This document shows positions 17,413 through 28,030 of a stretch of DNA of 64,000 bases, in pieces. The DNA is taken from contig CAZHOI010000003.1 of the NCBI GenBank assembly GCA_964534365.1, forward strand, positions 4,310-68,309, read 5' to 3'. Made by a program: the position numbers and the translations under genes. The DNA is from an uncultured Candidatus Saccharibacteria bacterium. GTDB taxonomy: Bacteria; Patescibacteriota; Minisyncoccia; Phycocordibacterales; SW-6-46-9. Below the pieces are notes generated by a model that was not told the origin of the DNA, did not search any database, and saw only the letters and a list, made by a program, of their open reading frames with translations. Position 1 is the stretch's first letter, and the number at the start of each line of letters is the position of its first letter.

Positions 17413-17498
17413 TTGAATGACAAGTGATGACAGTTTAAAAGAAATAGGATTATTTTGCCAGTTGAAGTAATGCTAGTAACAGACTAAACTATCAACAC

Positions 17499-17570
17499 GG
17501 CGCGGTGGCGAAGTGGTAACGCCGGGGACTGCAAATCCTCTATGCCCGAGTTCGATTCTCGGTCGCGCCT
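17499..17570 (+). tRNA. tRNA-Cys (anticodon GCA)
   Basis: Acceptor GGCGCGG/TCGCGCC, anticodon loop CTGCAAA, T-loop GAGTTCGATTCTC. Confidence 0.75.
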
Positions 17571-17630
17571 CTAGTTAATTGATAACCTTTGACAGGAACT
17601 CATCCCTCGGCATAAGGATGAATATCGCGA

Positions 17631-17954
17631 TTATAAATTTTGGGAAATTTCGTCTAGTCGTTGACGATGACGTTCGCCCACATCCAGTTTGAAAGTGAAA
17701 AAAGGTAGACGTTTGATCGTTAATCGACCTTTAGCAAAACTTCGTAACTCGGCGGCGTGTCGATTCAGGAAATCTTCGGCTTTATGTTGTTCAGTAGCAG
17801 GAATGGTAGTAAAAAAAATAGTACAGGCGCGAATATCAGGCGATACATCAGCACGAGTAACGGTAATTAAGCTTTGTGGATTGGCAATTCCACTAACAAA
17901 TTCTGCTGCGGTTTCGCGGAATAGTTCATTTAATCTGTCCTGTCGTTTTGTCAT
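17631..17954 (-). CDS. rbfA: Ribosome-binding factor A
   Basis: RLNELFRETAAEFVS…ITVTRADVSPDIRACTIFFT signature. Located directly downstream of infB. Confidence 0.8.
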   Translation of the reverse strand: MTKRQDRLNELFRETAAEFVSGIANPQSLITVTRADVSPDIRACTIFFTTIPATEQHKAEDFLNRHAAELRSFAKGRLTIKRLPFFTFKLDVGERHRQRLDEISQNL

Positions 17955-18044
17955 TATGGCAATAACTAATTAATAATTTATACAAGATTTTTGATGTGTT
18001 TGTTATCGAGATTTAGTAATTACCAAAAGGCTAATTATTTTGGT

Positions 18045-19553
18045 TTATTCTTCAACCTCCTGAAAAGCCTCAATTACATCCCCTGGGGCAACTTCTAGTT
18101 TGGCTTCTAGGGAACAACCAAATTCAAAACCTTCTTCAACACGATCGGTTTCAGATCGCGATTGTTGCAAACCGTAAATAGAGCCTTTGCCAATAACCTC
18201 ATCACGACGAATAATATTTACCCGAGCCCCCTTATTTAATTCGCCTTCAACAACCTTCCCGCCAATAATTTGTTTTGATTTGGATCGGTTAAAAGTTTTA
18301 AGGATCTTGGCCTTGCCAATTGTTTTTTCCACGGTTCGTTTAGGTGTTCGCAGCTCCTGTTCATTTTCTAGGTATTCGATCAGTTCATAAATTATTTTAA
18401 ATGAATTGAACTTGACTTGTTGGCGCTCGGCTAGGTCTGCCGCATTATTATCAATCCCAACTCCAAAACCTACTACCAATCCATTTTTTTGCGATCCTGC
18501 GCTGCGAATGTCGCTTTCAGAAATATTACCAGTGCCAGTATCAATTACCTTGAACTCCGTGCGTTCTTGATCCAATTTCGAAATTTCATACTTAATAGCC
18601 TCGATTGCTCCGGCAGAATCTGATTTGACTACTAATGGAATTACATTTTCTGCCAATGACTCATCAAAATATTGAATATCATTATTGGTTTCGTTTTCTG
18701 CCAGGTATTTCAGGGCGGCTTTTTTATTTTCGTGGGCTACAAAACTTTGTCCAACCGAAGGTAATTGATCAAAGCCAATTAATTGAACTGGGCTGGAAAA
18801 GGATGCTTCACGGATTTGTTTACCAGTAAAGTCCTTCATCACCCGAACTGGCGCCAATGACTCTCCCGCAGTAACTCCCTGTGAAGATCGCAGGGTTCCA
18901 TCTTTAATTATCAGGGTCGCAGCAATACCGGCCTGGGGATCAATATTTGATTCCAGCACATAACCTTCTGCCAGCTGATTGCGATCAGCGGTTAATTCTT
19001 CCAAATCAGCCATCAAATGAATGGTGTCCAGTAATTCTTCTACTCCGTCTCCAGTTTTTGCTGAAATTTGATTAATTGGAATTTCGCCTCCATAACCCTC
19101 GACATAAATTTCGTTCTCTATCAGGGAAGTGATTGCTTTATTAGCATCAGCATTAGCCAGATCAATTTTATTTAGCGCCACACAAAAAGGAATTTCAGAC
19201 TGCAGAATTGCTTTGTGAGCCTCTAGGGTTTGTTCATTTACTCCATCATCAGCCGCCACTACCAAAATAGCAATGTCAGCCACATTAGCACCATTTTGTC
19301 TCATTGATTGAAAGGCTTCATGCCCTGGAGTATCAATAAAGGTTATTTTTTTAGTTTCCCCAGCATGGTCACGTTCTAATTCATACGCCGAAATCGCTTG
19401 AGTAATGCCACCGGCCTCACCTTCAGTAGTGTTGGCGCTGCGAATATAATCCAACAACGTTGATTTACCATGATCAATATGGCCCATTACAACTATTACT
19501 GGAGGGCGTTTCTCAATTTGCGGTTTTTTATTCTGGTTCTTTTTTTTAGCCAT
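18045..19553 (-). CDS. infB: Translation initiation factor IF-2 (short form)
   Basis: GHIDHGKSTLLD G1 motif, DTPGHEAF, NKIDL. 502 aa, lacking the long N-terminal domains. Confidence 0.93.
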   Translation of the reverse strand: MAKKKNQNKKPQIEKRPPVIVVMGHIDHGKSTLLDYIRSANTTEGEAGGITQAISAYELERDHAGETKKITFIDTPGHEAFQSMRQNGANVADIAILVVAADDGVNEQTLEAHKAILQSEIPFCVALNKIDLANADANKAITSLIENEIYVEGYGGEIPINQISAKTGDGVEELLDTIHLMADLEELTADRNQLAEGYVLESNIDPQAGIAATLIIKDGTLRSSQGVTAGESLAPVRVMKDFTGKQIREASFSSPVQLIGFDQLPSVGQSFVAHENKKAALKYLAENETNNDIQYFDESLAENVIPLVVKSDSAGAIEAIKYEISKLDQERTEFKVIDTGTGNISESDIRSAGSQKNGLVVGFGVGIDNNAADLAERQQVKFNSFKIIYELIEYLENEQELRTPKRTVEKTIGKAKILKTFNRSKSKQIIGGKVVEGELNKGARVNIIRRDEVIGKGSIYGLQQSRSETDRVEEGFEFGCSLEAKLEVAPGDVIEAFQEVEE

Positions 19554-19747
19554 ATTATTTGTTTGTTAGAAATTTTAGACATTCACAACCCTCTAATAGT
19601 GAGTTTCGCTGGCTTGGTACCACTCATCTAAAATTGGGTAAAATTTAGGTTTTTAATATACTGATGTATATAAATCAGATAGATTTAATGCAGTGTAACA
19701 AAATCTCTTCATTTATGCTTGTATTATAGTTATTGTTATTAATATTA

Positions 19748-20971
19748 ATGAATTTCTTTACCGCCAAAAAACATCATTTTTCAGACGCAATATACCTAGA
19801 TTACATGGCCTCAACCCCAGTAGCCAAACCGGTATTGCAGGCTATTTCTGACTATCATAAGAATAATTTTGGCAATCCACATTCTAATCACAGCTACGGT
19901 GTGAAAGCCCGTAAAGTGTTCGACGAATCGTTAAATAAAATTGGCAAAATACTAGCTGCACCGGCTGGTAGCTTGACGGCTACCTCGGGTGCCACCGAAT
20001 CTAATGCGATTGCTCTGCAAGGGGTAATAGACCGCGCGATCAATTTAGGAATTGATAAGCCTCATGTGATTATTTCGGAAATTGAACATGCTACGGTGGC
20101 TGGAATCAAGAAATTAGCAGAATCAGAAAAAATAGAATTAGATTATATTACAGTCGATAACAGCGGAATTATTGAATATAAAAAATTACTTGATTTGATT
20201 AAACCAAATACTATTTTAGTTTCTGTCATGTTGGTCAATAGCGAGATTGGTACGGTGCAACCTTTGAACGAGTTATCGCGTGAAATTAGAAGATGGCAGA
20301 AAAAGAATTTGTCTTTGAATAATCAACAATCAAATTATCCACTATTACACACCGATGCTTCTCAGGCCTTTTTAACCCAAGAAATAAAACTCAATCAACT
20401 GCATGTTGACTTGCTGACATTAAATGGGCATAAAATATATGCCCCAATTGGAACTGGATTACTGTATATTAGACCGACTATTAAAGGCCTGATTCAGCCG
20501 ATATTTATATCAAATTATGAAACAGAGTTTATTCGACCGGGAACATCGGCGCCAGCTAATGCCTTGGCGCTGGCTACCGCAATGTCTATGGTAGAACATA
20601 AACGCGCTGATTTTGTAGTAAAGGCTCAGAAATTATTTGAATATCTTGCTCAAGAACTGACATTGATAGGAGGTCAGATTAATGGATCAACCGTTCTGTT
20701 TGAAGAACGCTCTCCTCACAACATTAGCGTTAGTTTTGAAAATATAAATCATGAATTCTTACAATTTCAATTAGATGCATGGGGAATTTCAGTAGCCACA
20801 AGAAGCGCTTGCTTGGAAAGTGGCGGGGAAGGATCGCGGGTACTCCAACACCTTGACACAGAATCAGATCAGGCACTGCGTATTAGTTTTGGTTATGAAA
20901 CCGAAAAAAAAGACCTGCAAATATTGGTAACTAGTTTAAAAAAAGCAATTGATATACAACAATCCGTGTAG
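19748..20971 (+). CDS. Cysteine desulfurase / class V aminotransferase (IscS/NifS-like)
   Basis: IYLDYMASTPV N-terminus and the PLP-lysine motif LNGHKIYAPIGTGLLYI. Start chosen at MNFF, with 19733 as the alternative. Confidence 0.8.
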   Translation: MNFFTAKKHHFSDAIYLDYMASTPVAKPVLQAISDYHKNNFGNPHSNHSYGVKARKVFDESLNKIGKILAAPAGSLTATSGATESNAIALQGVIDRAINLGIDKPHVIISEIEHATVAGIKKLAESEKIELDYITVDNSGIIEYKKLLDLIKPNTILVSVMLVNSEIGTVQPLNELSREIRRWQKKNLSLNNQQSNYPLLHTDASQAFLTQEIKLNQLHVDLLTLNGHKIYAPIGTGLLYIRPTIKGLIQPIFISNYETEFIRPGTSAPANALALATAMSMVEHKRADFVVKAQKLFEYLAQELTLIGGQINGSTVLFEERSPHNISVSFENINHEFLQFQLDAWGISVATRSACLESGGEGSRVLQHLDTESDQALRISFGYETEKKDLQILVTSLKKAIDIQQSV

Positions 20972-21066
20972 TTTACAGGCTTTATCCCAAATGGTTTTTA
21001 AAGTATAATATTAACTAGATTATTAAGTTAGTAAACGGACTAATTAATTAAATAACTCAAATATTA

Positions 21067-23823
21067 ATGATGCCTCCATTTCAGAGATTTACCCAGAAAG
21101 CCCGTGACGCTGTCCGGCACGCCCATGAACTGGCGATTCAGCGTGGTGAAAATCATGTTAATACGCTGCATTTGCTGGCGGCGTTATTATTGCAAGACGA
21201 GAGCCTGATTTTCTCGATCCTGGATCATTTAGCAATTGATTCGGACAAACTAACTGATACGGTTGTTGATGCAATTGAGGTCGATACCGACGGGGAAGAC
21301 GCCGAGGCCACCATCGAGCCGATGAGTCAGATCTTCTTGACCCCTGATTTTGCCAAAGTATTAGAATCAGCCCTTGAACTGTCAAATTCATTCCAGGAAG
21401 AAAAAGTATCTACCGAACACCTGTTTCTAGCCATATTTTCAGTGCCATCTCCAGGACGTGAAATCTTGTCACGTTTTAAAGTCGAGGCGAAACAGGTAAC
21501 GCAAGCAATGAATGATTTAAAAAACGACCGAATCAAAGATGTCAAAACCGCGAGTCCTAAAAACAAAACTGTTGAACGTTTTACCCGCAACTTAACCAAA
21601 ATGGCCAAAGATAACAAACTTGACCCCGTTATCGGCCGTGATCAAGAAATTAATCGCGTAATTCAAATTTTGTCGCGGCGTACTAAAAATAACCCAGTGT
21701 TACTAGGGGAACCAGGCGTAGGTAAAACGGCTATTGTTGAAGGTTTGGCCATCAGAATGGCTACTGGCGATGTGCCAGAATCATTAAAAGGTAAGGAATT
21801 AGTGTCACTAGATTTAGGGTCATTAGTCGCCGGAACGAAATACCGGGGCGAATTTGAAGATCGCCTGAAAAAGATTATGAAGGAAATTGAAAAGGCCAAA
21901 GGTCAGTTGGTTCTGTTTATTGATGAAATTCATACCATTGTAGGGGCTGGATCAGCCGAAGGTTCCATGGATGCATCAAATATGCTAAAACCTGCTCTGG
22001 CCAGAGGCGAACTGCGCGCGATTGGCGCCACTACCCTCAAGGAGTATCAAAAATATATTGAAAAAGATTCAGCCCTCACACGACGTTTTCAACCCGTTTA
22101 CGTGAACGAACCCAATAGCGAAGATGCGATTGCGATTTTGCGGGGACTCAAAGAAAAGTACGAGGTATTTCATGGGGTCAAAATATTGGACGAAGCCCTG
22201 TCATCATCGGTTGGACTATCATCACGCTATATTACTGATCGTTTTCTACCAGACAAAGCGATTGATTTAATTGATGAAGCATCGTCCAGTCTGCGAATGA
22301 CCCTGGAGAATAAACCGGCTGATCTAGAAGCCGCGCATCGCAAGATTATGCGCCTAGAGATTGAAAAGCGGGCCCTCGAAAAAGAGGCTAGTGACAATGA
22401 TAAAGCCGCCAAGCGCCTTGACGAGATCGAAACCCAAATTGCTAATTTGCAGGAAAACACCCATGAACTGGAGCTTAAATGGCAAAATGAAAAGGAAACT
22501 TTGGATCAAATTAAATCCCTAAAGGTCGAGGCAGAAGAATTAAAGGTTGAAGCCGATAACGCCGAGAGCGCAGCTGATCTAACTCGAGCTGCCGAAATAC
22601 GTTATGGCGATTTACCCGAAGTTGAGCGCGAGCTTGATACTAAATCCAAAAAATTGAAACGTCTGCAGCGATCCCGTCGCATTCTAAAAGAAGAAGTCGG
22701 TGAAGAAGAGATCGCTGACGTTGTTTCGCGCTGGACCGGAATTCCACTATCGCGCATGTTGGAAGGCGAGGCCAAGCGCCTACAAAAAATTGAGGACGAG
22801 CTAAAAAAACGCGTCAAAGGCCAGGATGAAGCGGTCGAGAAAATATCTGATGCGATCAAACGATCACGGGCCGGGGTGTCTGATCCCGACAAACCAATTG
22901 GTTCATTTATGTTTTTAGGCCCTACCGGGGTTGGAAAAACCGAACTAACTAAAGCCTTAGCTGATTATTTATTTGATGATGAAGAAGCCCTGATTAGGGT
23001 AGATATGTCCGAGTTGATGGACAGGCATTCTACCTCGAAATTAATTGGCGCCCCCGCTGGATACGTTGGTTATGACGAGGGTGGACAATTAACCGAACAG
23101 GTTCGACACCGGCCGTATTCAGTAGTTCTATTTGACGAAATTGAAAAGGCACACCCCGATGTATTTAACATTTTATTACAGGTACTTGACAATGGGCGCC
23201 TAACCGATACCAAAGGTAGGGTGGTAAACTTTAAAAACACCGTAATTGTGATGACGTCAAACGTGGGTGCTGAACACATTGATCAGATGGAATCATTGGG
23301 ATTTGGTACCTCGCAAAAAGATGATTACGAAGGGGTCAAGGATAAAGTTATGGACGCCCTAAAGCGTCAGTTCCGTCCCGAATTCATTAACCGAGTAGAT
23401 GAAATAATTCTGTTTGATGTTTTGAAACCGAAAACGGTACGCAAAATTGTTGATGTGCAACTAACCCGTGTAATTAACCGAATGAATAATAAAGAAATTA
23501 AAATTAAATTTAGTGATGAGGTGCGCGATTACCTGGCTGAAAAGGGCTATGACCCACGATTCGGCGCCAGGCCATTAAAACGGGTAATCCAGCGCAAAAT
23601 CCTCTCGCCGGTTGCAAATGAAATTATTGCGGGTAAGGTAGTAGAAGGTGGCGAAATTGAAGTCGAGCTAAAATCCAGTTCCGACAAAGACTCTAATGGA
23701 ACGCCAGGTGATGAACCGGTAGTAAAAATAGTTAAAAAAGGTCGAGGTAAAACCAAAGCCGGTCGGGCCCGTAAAGAACAGAAAGCACAAAAAGAATTGA
23801 GCAAAGAAAAAGTAGCGGCCTAG
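21067..23823 (+). CDS. clpB: ATP-dependent chaperone ClpB, with a Lys-rich C-terminal tail
   Basis: Clp N-domain, two AAA+ modules ([16 protein letters not shown]) and a long coiled-coil middle domain. 918 aa. Confidence 0.93.
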   Translation: MMPPFQRFTQKARDAVRHAHELAIQRGENHVNTLHLLAALLLQDESLIFSILDHLAIDSDKLTDTVVDAIEVDTDGEDAEATIEPMSQIFLTPDFAKVLESALELSNSFQEEKVSTEHLFLAIFSVPSPGREILSRFKVEAKQVTQAMNDLKNDRIKDVKTASPKNKTVERFTRNLTKMAKDNKLDPVIGRDQEINRVIQILSRRTKNNPVLLGEPGVGKTAIVEGLAIRMATGDVPESLKGKELVSLDLGSLVAGTKYRGEFEDRLKKIMKEIEKAKGQLVLFIDEIHTIVGAGSAEGSMDASNMLKPALARGELRAIGATTLKEYQKYIEKDSALTRRFQPVYVNEPNSEDAIAILRGLKEKYEVFHGVKILDEALSSSVGLSSRYITDRFLPDKAIDLIDEASSSLRMTLENKPADLEAAHRKIMRLEIEKRALEKEASDNDKAAKRLDEIETQIANLQENTHELELKWQNEKETLDQIKSLKVEAEELKVEADNAESAADLTRAAEIRYGDLPEVERELDTKSKKLKRLQRSRRILKEEVGEEEIADVVSRWTGIPLSRMLEGEAKRLQKIEDELKKRVKGQDEAVEKISDAIKRSRAGVSDPDKPIGSFMFLGPTGVGKTELTKALADYLFDDEEALIRVDMSELMDRHSTSKLIGAPAGYVGYDEGGQLTEQVRHRPYSVVLFDEIEKAHPDVFNILLQVLDNGRLTDTKGRVVNFKNTVIVMTSNVGAEHIDQMESLGFGTSQKDDYEGVKDKVMDALKRQFRPEFINRVDEIILFDVLKPKTVRKIVDVQLTRVINRMNNKEIKIKFSDEVRDYLAEKGYDPRFGARPLKRVIQRKILSPVANEIIAGKVVEGGEIEVELKSSSDKDSNGTPGDEPVVKIVKKGRGKTKAGRARKEQKAQKELSKEKVAA

Positions 23824-23889
23824 CGGTCAAAACTGGCATCAGTCATAAAAATATTCTAAACTCTAATTTACAAAGAATTTCTTTGTAAC

Positions 23890-23973
23890 GCGTCGATGGC
23901 AGAGCGGTCAAATGCACGAGACTGTAAATCTCGCGACTTTAAGTCTACGCAAGTTCGAATCTTGCTCGGCGCA
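23890..23973 (+). tRNA. tRNA-Tyr (anticodon GTA), type II
   Basis: Acceptor GCGTCGA/TCGGCGC, D GCA-GAGCGGTCAAA-TGC, anticodon stem CGAGA/TCTCG with loop CTGTAAA, variable hairpin GACTTTAAGTC, T-arm GCAAGTTCGAATCTTGC. Confidence 0.8.
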
Positions 23974-23982
23974 CTAGCGCAG

Positions 23983-24015
23983 AAACCCGATAGGTTTAAT
24001 CTATCGGGTTTTGTG
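23983..24015 (+). terminator. Perfect 11-bp-stem hairpin (aaacccgatag-gtttaat-ctatcgggttt) followed by TGTG/T-rich; candidate terminator after tRNA-Tyr
   Basis: Seen directly. The T-tract is short. Confidence 0.5.
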
Positions 24016-24064
24016 CTTTAGCACCAAGGTTCGAAGCAAGGTACTGGGAGTGATAGCGAGCAGC

Positions 24065-24082
24065 AAATCTTGCTCGGCACAC
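24065..24082. repeat. Near-duplicate of the tRNA-Tyr 3' end (aatcttgctcggc-acac; original 23958-23974)
   Basis: 17/18 match with a single-base deletion. Preceded at 24028-24041 by a degenerate T-arm-like ggttcgaagcaagg. Confidence 0.6.
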
Positions 24083-24445
24083 TTTTTTGCAATCAGTAAT
24101 CCCGAGTTGCGGGACTACATCGCTATGGCATAGAAATTAAAATTTCTATTAGCAACATTAGTATCTGAAATTTGAAGCAAGATGCTGGGGAATGTGAGAA
24201 GTGTTTTCGCTAGGGTATAGGTTTTTTAAAAATTATTAGCTGATTTCGCCATAAGGCTGAATTAGAGTGATACGAGTGATTAATTAGGAGTCAGCAAATT
24301 TCTTAATAAATTATTTACAAAACCTTTCACAAAACTGTTTTTTGTTGTATAAAGTAGCTAGACCATCCCTCTGGCTCTCGTCAACCCTGACTAGAGCTTT
24401 AACCAGAGAGCGCTGGATTGCTGCTCTCGTACCCCCAATACTTAC

Positions 24446-25240
24446 ATGGCGTGGCTTGACTCCATCCTCAAAATTGGTTCTTCAGAAGAAAAAAAGTACA
24501 TAGCTGATCAAGCTCAGCCAGAAAAGGATACCGATTCTGATGAATTAAGTGAAGATCTACCTACAACAAGCAAGGACAATAAACGCTTAACCGTCAAAAA
24601 AACTCAAGTTGCCCAGATGCAACAAAAACAAAAAGAAAGACTTGAAAAGGAAGCTCGAGCAATAAATCCTGCCAAGCTAGACGATGATTATCGCCCGCAA
24701 GCAAGAGCTACTCCTAGAACAAAGGAGGACATCCTTGCTTCTCAGCGGGGTAGTAATTCCTCTCCGGTTCCGAAAGGTTCAAGTTCTGACGAAAATCAGT
24801 TAAAAGCTTTTGAGTTAACTGAGGATCAAGCGGCATTAAGAGCTGCAAAGATATTCTGGTTTATTTTCCAAGAAATATCTAGGGTGCCACTGGCAGCAGG
24901 CCGAAGCTATTCTGAACAGCTGCGTAACACCCTTCTTTTAACTCACCTTAAAGAGCTGGGAGGCTTAGAGCTAAAAAGCCAGGTGGTCAACGCTATTGCG
25001 GATGTTAGTCCTGATAGTAATGAAGAAGGGTTTGTAAATTCTGTCAGTAGATCACTGGCTGCTATCGAGCTCAGAGAGCTAAGGCAGCTAGTACTTCTAC
25101 TCGATCACGACCTCGCATATAGACAAAAAAGCTTTGTCAAATACCGTGAGGAAGTGGAAAGTGCTGAAACAAGACAAATTCTGGGTACTTCAACCTTGCC
25201 GCCCAAGTTGGCTGGCATGAGGCTACTAGCTGGCGGCTGA
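24446..25240 (+). CDS. Hypothetical protein in the higher-GC island (264 aa)
   Basis: Long ORF with coding-like periodicity and visibly higher GC. No recognisable domain. Confidence 0.45.
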   Translation: MAWLDSILKIGSSEEKKYIADQAQPEKDTDSDELSEDLPTTSKDNKRLTVKKTQVAQMQQKQKERLEKEARAINPAKLDDDYRPQARATPRTKEDILASQRGSNSSPVPKGSSSDENQLKAFELTEDQAALRAAKIFWFIFQEISRVPLAAGRSYSEQLRNTLLLTHLKELGGLELKSQVVNAIADVSPDSNEEGFVNSVSRSLAAIELRELRQLVLLLDHDLAYRQKSFVKYREEVESAETRQILGTSTLPPKLAGMRLLAGG

Positions 25241-25493
25241 TATGGCACTACACCTTACGGCCCGTATGCAGGTAAAGCTGACGGGCTGATCATAAAGGTA
25301 GAGCATAGTTCTTTATACCGATCGCAGACATCATCTCGGTGGTGCCTGTTTTTTATATAAAACCACAATATAAAGATTAATAAAGTCCTTGAATAATAAC
25401 CTTATTTATTGTTTAATATGCGGTAATTGACCCTGGAACGTGGCCTTGCGCCCGCTCGGGCACGTTCTCTCACACACAACCATATACATACCC

Positions 25494-26861
25494 ATGAAAA
25501 AGCACATGCTTGCCATGTTGGCGCTGCTGTGCTTCAGCACGCCAGCCCAAGCCTCGGCGGACTACGCCCAGATGCAGCTCCCCGAGGGAGCAACTGACGG
25601 AGCCTTCGGGCTCTACCGCGATGCTGGGCTCCTCGAGCTCTGGCACGCTGATTCAGTCAAAGCTTACAGCACCGAGGTTTCCGACTGGACGAATGAGCCA
25701 GCCGGAACCAACATTGTGGTGCGCCGCGAAGTCCGCGACCACTACAGCAATGTATCTACCCGTGCTACGCCGCCCCGGCGTACTGGTGGCTCTACATCTT
25801 CGACTACTGTTGTCCAGGGCTTTACTCAGGCTCAGGTTAACGCGCTTGTAGCCCAAGCGGTTGCCCAAGCCAGGAACGAGACAATAGACAGCATGCAGGC
25901 TGTCTTCGACGCGAGGGAAATCTCAGCCGATAACTCAGAAGAGGCTGCCGATCCTACAGGTGAGGGCGATAACTTTATTGTCCACCACTTGGACAATCTG
26001 TGGAATAACTACCGTTGGCTGGTCCTTACTGGTTTAATAGTGTTGCTGGTAGCGATACTACTGCTAGTAGGATCTATGCGAGGCTGGGACCGTCCAGTTC
26101 GCCAGAAAATCCAGCAGTGGAAAGAAAAACGGGACTTAGAAAAAGAAGCGAAGAAAAACGGCGATGATGCCGTTGCTGAAATCCGAGAGGAACTTGGTGA
26201 AGAACCTCCGCTGTGGAGAAGAAGCCTGGAGAAGCTGCGAGCCTTGTTTAATGGGAGCGAAGATGACTCACAGGAAGAGGTCGATGATGACCTTCCATCT
26301 GATGAGGCACTCTTAGCTGCTCAAATCGAAGAGGGCATAGCTCCTGGTTTGCCCTCAACTCCTCCGCTGCCGCCTTTAGCGCCTGCTGATCTATCTGAAG
26401 AAGAAATATCGGCCCGAAAAGAGGCCGCGGCCAGCGCTCAAGAGAAAAGGGCAAAAGAGCGATCCAGTAAGGGATCCTCAAGTGTAACCCAGGTAAAACC
26501 TCAACTTCAGGAGGGGGTCAAAGAGGATACCCCCTTGAAAGCAGGCCTCAAGAAAAAGTATGACTTCGTTGAACAAGATAAAGTTGTGCTAGAGCTTCCC
26601 GCTTTTGAACAAGAGGTAATCGTTACCTTAGAGGGATTCAGAAGTACTAAAGCATGGCTTATAATCAGTGGGGGCAGGAACACCTACGCCTATTTGGTGA
26701 AGGGTAAAGTTCAATTACTGCCCGTTCAAGAGCTGGATGTTATCCGAGAGGGTAACGTCGCTGATAGAAGACTAAACGATTGGGGGCTAACAAGGATGTC
26801 CCCTAATACAGCCGACAAAAGCGATGAAATCCCTGGATTCCTTCGCAAGATGATGGACTAA
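25494..26861 (+). CDS. Hypothetical secreted/membrane protein: signal peptide, one internal TM, Pro-rich cytoplasmic linker, unknown C-terminal domain
   Basis: MKKHMLAMLALLCFSTPAQA signal-like N-terminus. Internal TM LVLTGLIVLLVAILLLVGS. PPLPPLAP stretch. High GC. Confidence 0.45.
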   Translation: MKKHMLAMLALLCFSTPAQASADYAQMQLPEGATDGAFGLYRDAGLLELWHADSVKAYSTEVSDWTNEPAGTNIVVRREVRDHYSNVSTRATPPRRTGGSTSSTTVVQGFTQAQVNALVAQAVAQARNETIDSMQAVFDAREISADNSEEAADPTGEGDNFIVHHLDNLWNNYRWLVLTGLIVLLVAILLLVGSMRGWDRPVRQKIQQWKEKRDLEKEAKKNGDDAVAEIREELGEEPPLWRRSLEKLRALFNGSEDDSQEEVDDDLPSDEALLAAQIEEGIAPGLPSTPPLPPLAPADLSEEEISARKEAAASAQEKRAKERSSKGSSSVTQVKPQLQEGVKEDTPLKAGLKKKYDFVEQDKVVLELPAFEQEVIVTLEGFRSTKAWLIISGGRNTYAYLVKGKVQLLPVQELDVIREGNVADRRLNDWGLTRMSPNTADKSDEIPGFLRKMMD

Positions 26862-26886
26862 ACCAGGTAAACGGTTGTGTGGATAA

Positions 26887-26934
26887 GGTCGGTCTGTCGA
26901 GTGTGATATCACTCCCAGATCGACCGTTTTTTTA
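26887..26934 (+). terminator. Rho-independent terminator (ggtcggtctg…cagatcgacc + TTTTTTT)
   Basis: 10-bp stem with one mismatch, followed by a 7-T tract directly after the island ORF. Confidence 0.65.
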
Positions 26935-26975
26935 TTTCTATGGATAACTAATGATCAAGTCTTTATAATACTTGG

Positions 26976-27611
26976 ATGCAGACAGACTATTTAAAAGCGC
27001 TAAATTGGCGTTATGCCGTCAAGGAATTTGATGGTGATTATAAACTGCCAGCCGACAAACTAAATCGGATTTTAGAAGCTGCTAGATTGGCACCCAGTTC
27101 GTATGGACTAGAACCATGGCAGATAATTCACGTTCAAAATCCAGAACTACGGCAACAAATCCAGAAATCCGGGTATGGTCAGGAAAAGATCACCAATGCC
27201 TCGGAATTATTAGTTATTGCTGCTAAAACAGATGGCAAAGCTGCTAGCAGTGATTTAATAGATCGAATATCTAAAATTCGTAATATTGACAAGACGAAAT
27301 TAGAAGACTTCAAAAAAACAATAGATTCTAGTGTAGAATCACGTCGAAATGTTGGCAATGAAGTTGGTTGGCTGCAATCACAAACTTATATTCTATTAGG
27401 TTTCATTTTATTTGCAGCAGCTTTAGAGGGAGTCGACGCCTGTCCAATGGAGGGGTTTATACCGGAAAAAGTAACTAAAATACTACAACTCGAGCAAGAA
27501 GGCTTGGTTGCCACTACTATGGTTGCCCTGGGCAGACGATCAAGTTCAGATGAATACGCTGATAAAATCAAAGTACGCCAAGACTTAGCTGAACTAGTTC
27601 AAAATAAATAA
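26976..27611 (+). CDS. NAD(P)H nitroreductase family protein
   Basis: N-terminal ALNWRYAVKEF…RLAPSSYGLEPWQ matches the nitroreductase pattern. Confidence 0.8.
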   Translation: MQTDYLKALNWRYAVKEFDGDYKLPADKLNRILEAARLAPSSYGLEPWQIIHVQNPELRQQIQKSGYGQEKITNASELLVIAAKTDGKAASSDLIDRISKIRNIDKTKLEDFKKTIDSSVESRRNVGNEVGWLQSQTYILLGFILFAAALEGVDACPMEGFIPEKVTKILQLEQEGLVATTMVALGRRSSSDEYADKIKVRQDLAELVQNK

Positions 27612-27652
27612 CTATTGTTATTATCAGTAATTTATTCTAAAATCTAGCAACT

Positions 27653-27949
27653 ATGGCTCAAAAAACAATGACAATTATCCAGAATAAACAAACTGGCTAC
27701 ACTTACTATACAACTCGCGCCAAAAAAGGCGAGAAGGCGGATGAAAAGTTAAAATTACGCAAGTACGATCCTATATTGCGGGCCCACGCCTGGTTTGAGG
27801 AGGTAAAGGGATCAAAGCCCAAGAAAAAGACCCGTTCGACTAGCGCTCAGGGTAAAAAGGGGAAGGTTGATAATTCAAATAATTCTGCCAAGAAAACTAA
27901 AGACGACAAAAACGATAAGAAAAACTTAGATAAGAGTTCAGAAAAGTAA
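27653..27949 (+). CDS. rpmG: 50S ribosomal protein L33 with a ~45-aa Lys-rich C-terminal extension
   Basis: TGYTYYTTRAKKGEKADEKLKLRKYDPILRAHAWFEEVK aligns with E. coli L33 [37 protein letters not shown]. Confidence 0.65.
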   Translation: MAQKTMTIIQNKQTGYTYYTTRAKKGEKADEKLKLRKYDPILRAHAWFEEVKGSKPKKKTRSTSAQGKKGKVDNSNNSAKKTKDDKNDKKNLDKSSEK

Positions 27950-27986
27950 TCAGGATCTTGGATTAATTATATAGGGTTATTTTAGA

Positions 27987-28013
27987 AGTCCGACTTCCAA
28001 TGGAAGTCGGACT
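27987..28013 (+). terminator. 12-bp perfect hairpin (agtccgacttcc/ggaagtcggact) after rpmG; no T-tract
   Basis: Seen directly. Function uncertain. Confidence 0.35.
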
Positions 28014-28030
28014 ACTTTACAATGCAATAA

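Noticed and set aside
16745-17973. ORFs 16745-17056 (-) and 17689-17973 (+), plus the long form of 17063-17356 (-)
   Set aside because: These lie antisense to the sortase and rbfA genes respectively. The 5' extension of the GIY-YIG ORF would run across the tRNA-Leu gene.
21158-23804. Several 60-100-aa minus-strand ORFs inside clpB (21158-21391, 21327-21617, 21663-21899, 22227-22460, 22602-22892, 23070-23279, 23547-23804)
   Set aside because: They lie antisense within a well-supported conserved gene and have Ser/Arg-rich low-complexity translations typical of spurious antisense frames.
3289-26887. DnaA-box-like 9-mers (TGTGGATAg at 3289, TGTGGATAA at 26879) as a replication origin
   Set aside because: These are single isolated boxes with no cluster, no AT-rich DUE context and no dnaA/dnaN nearby. 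They are consistent with chance occurrences.
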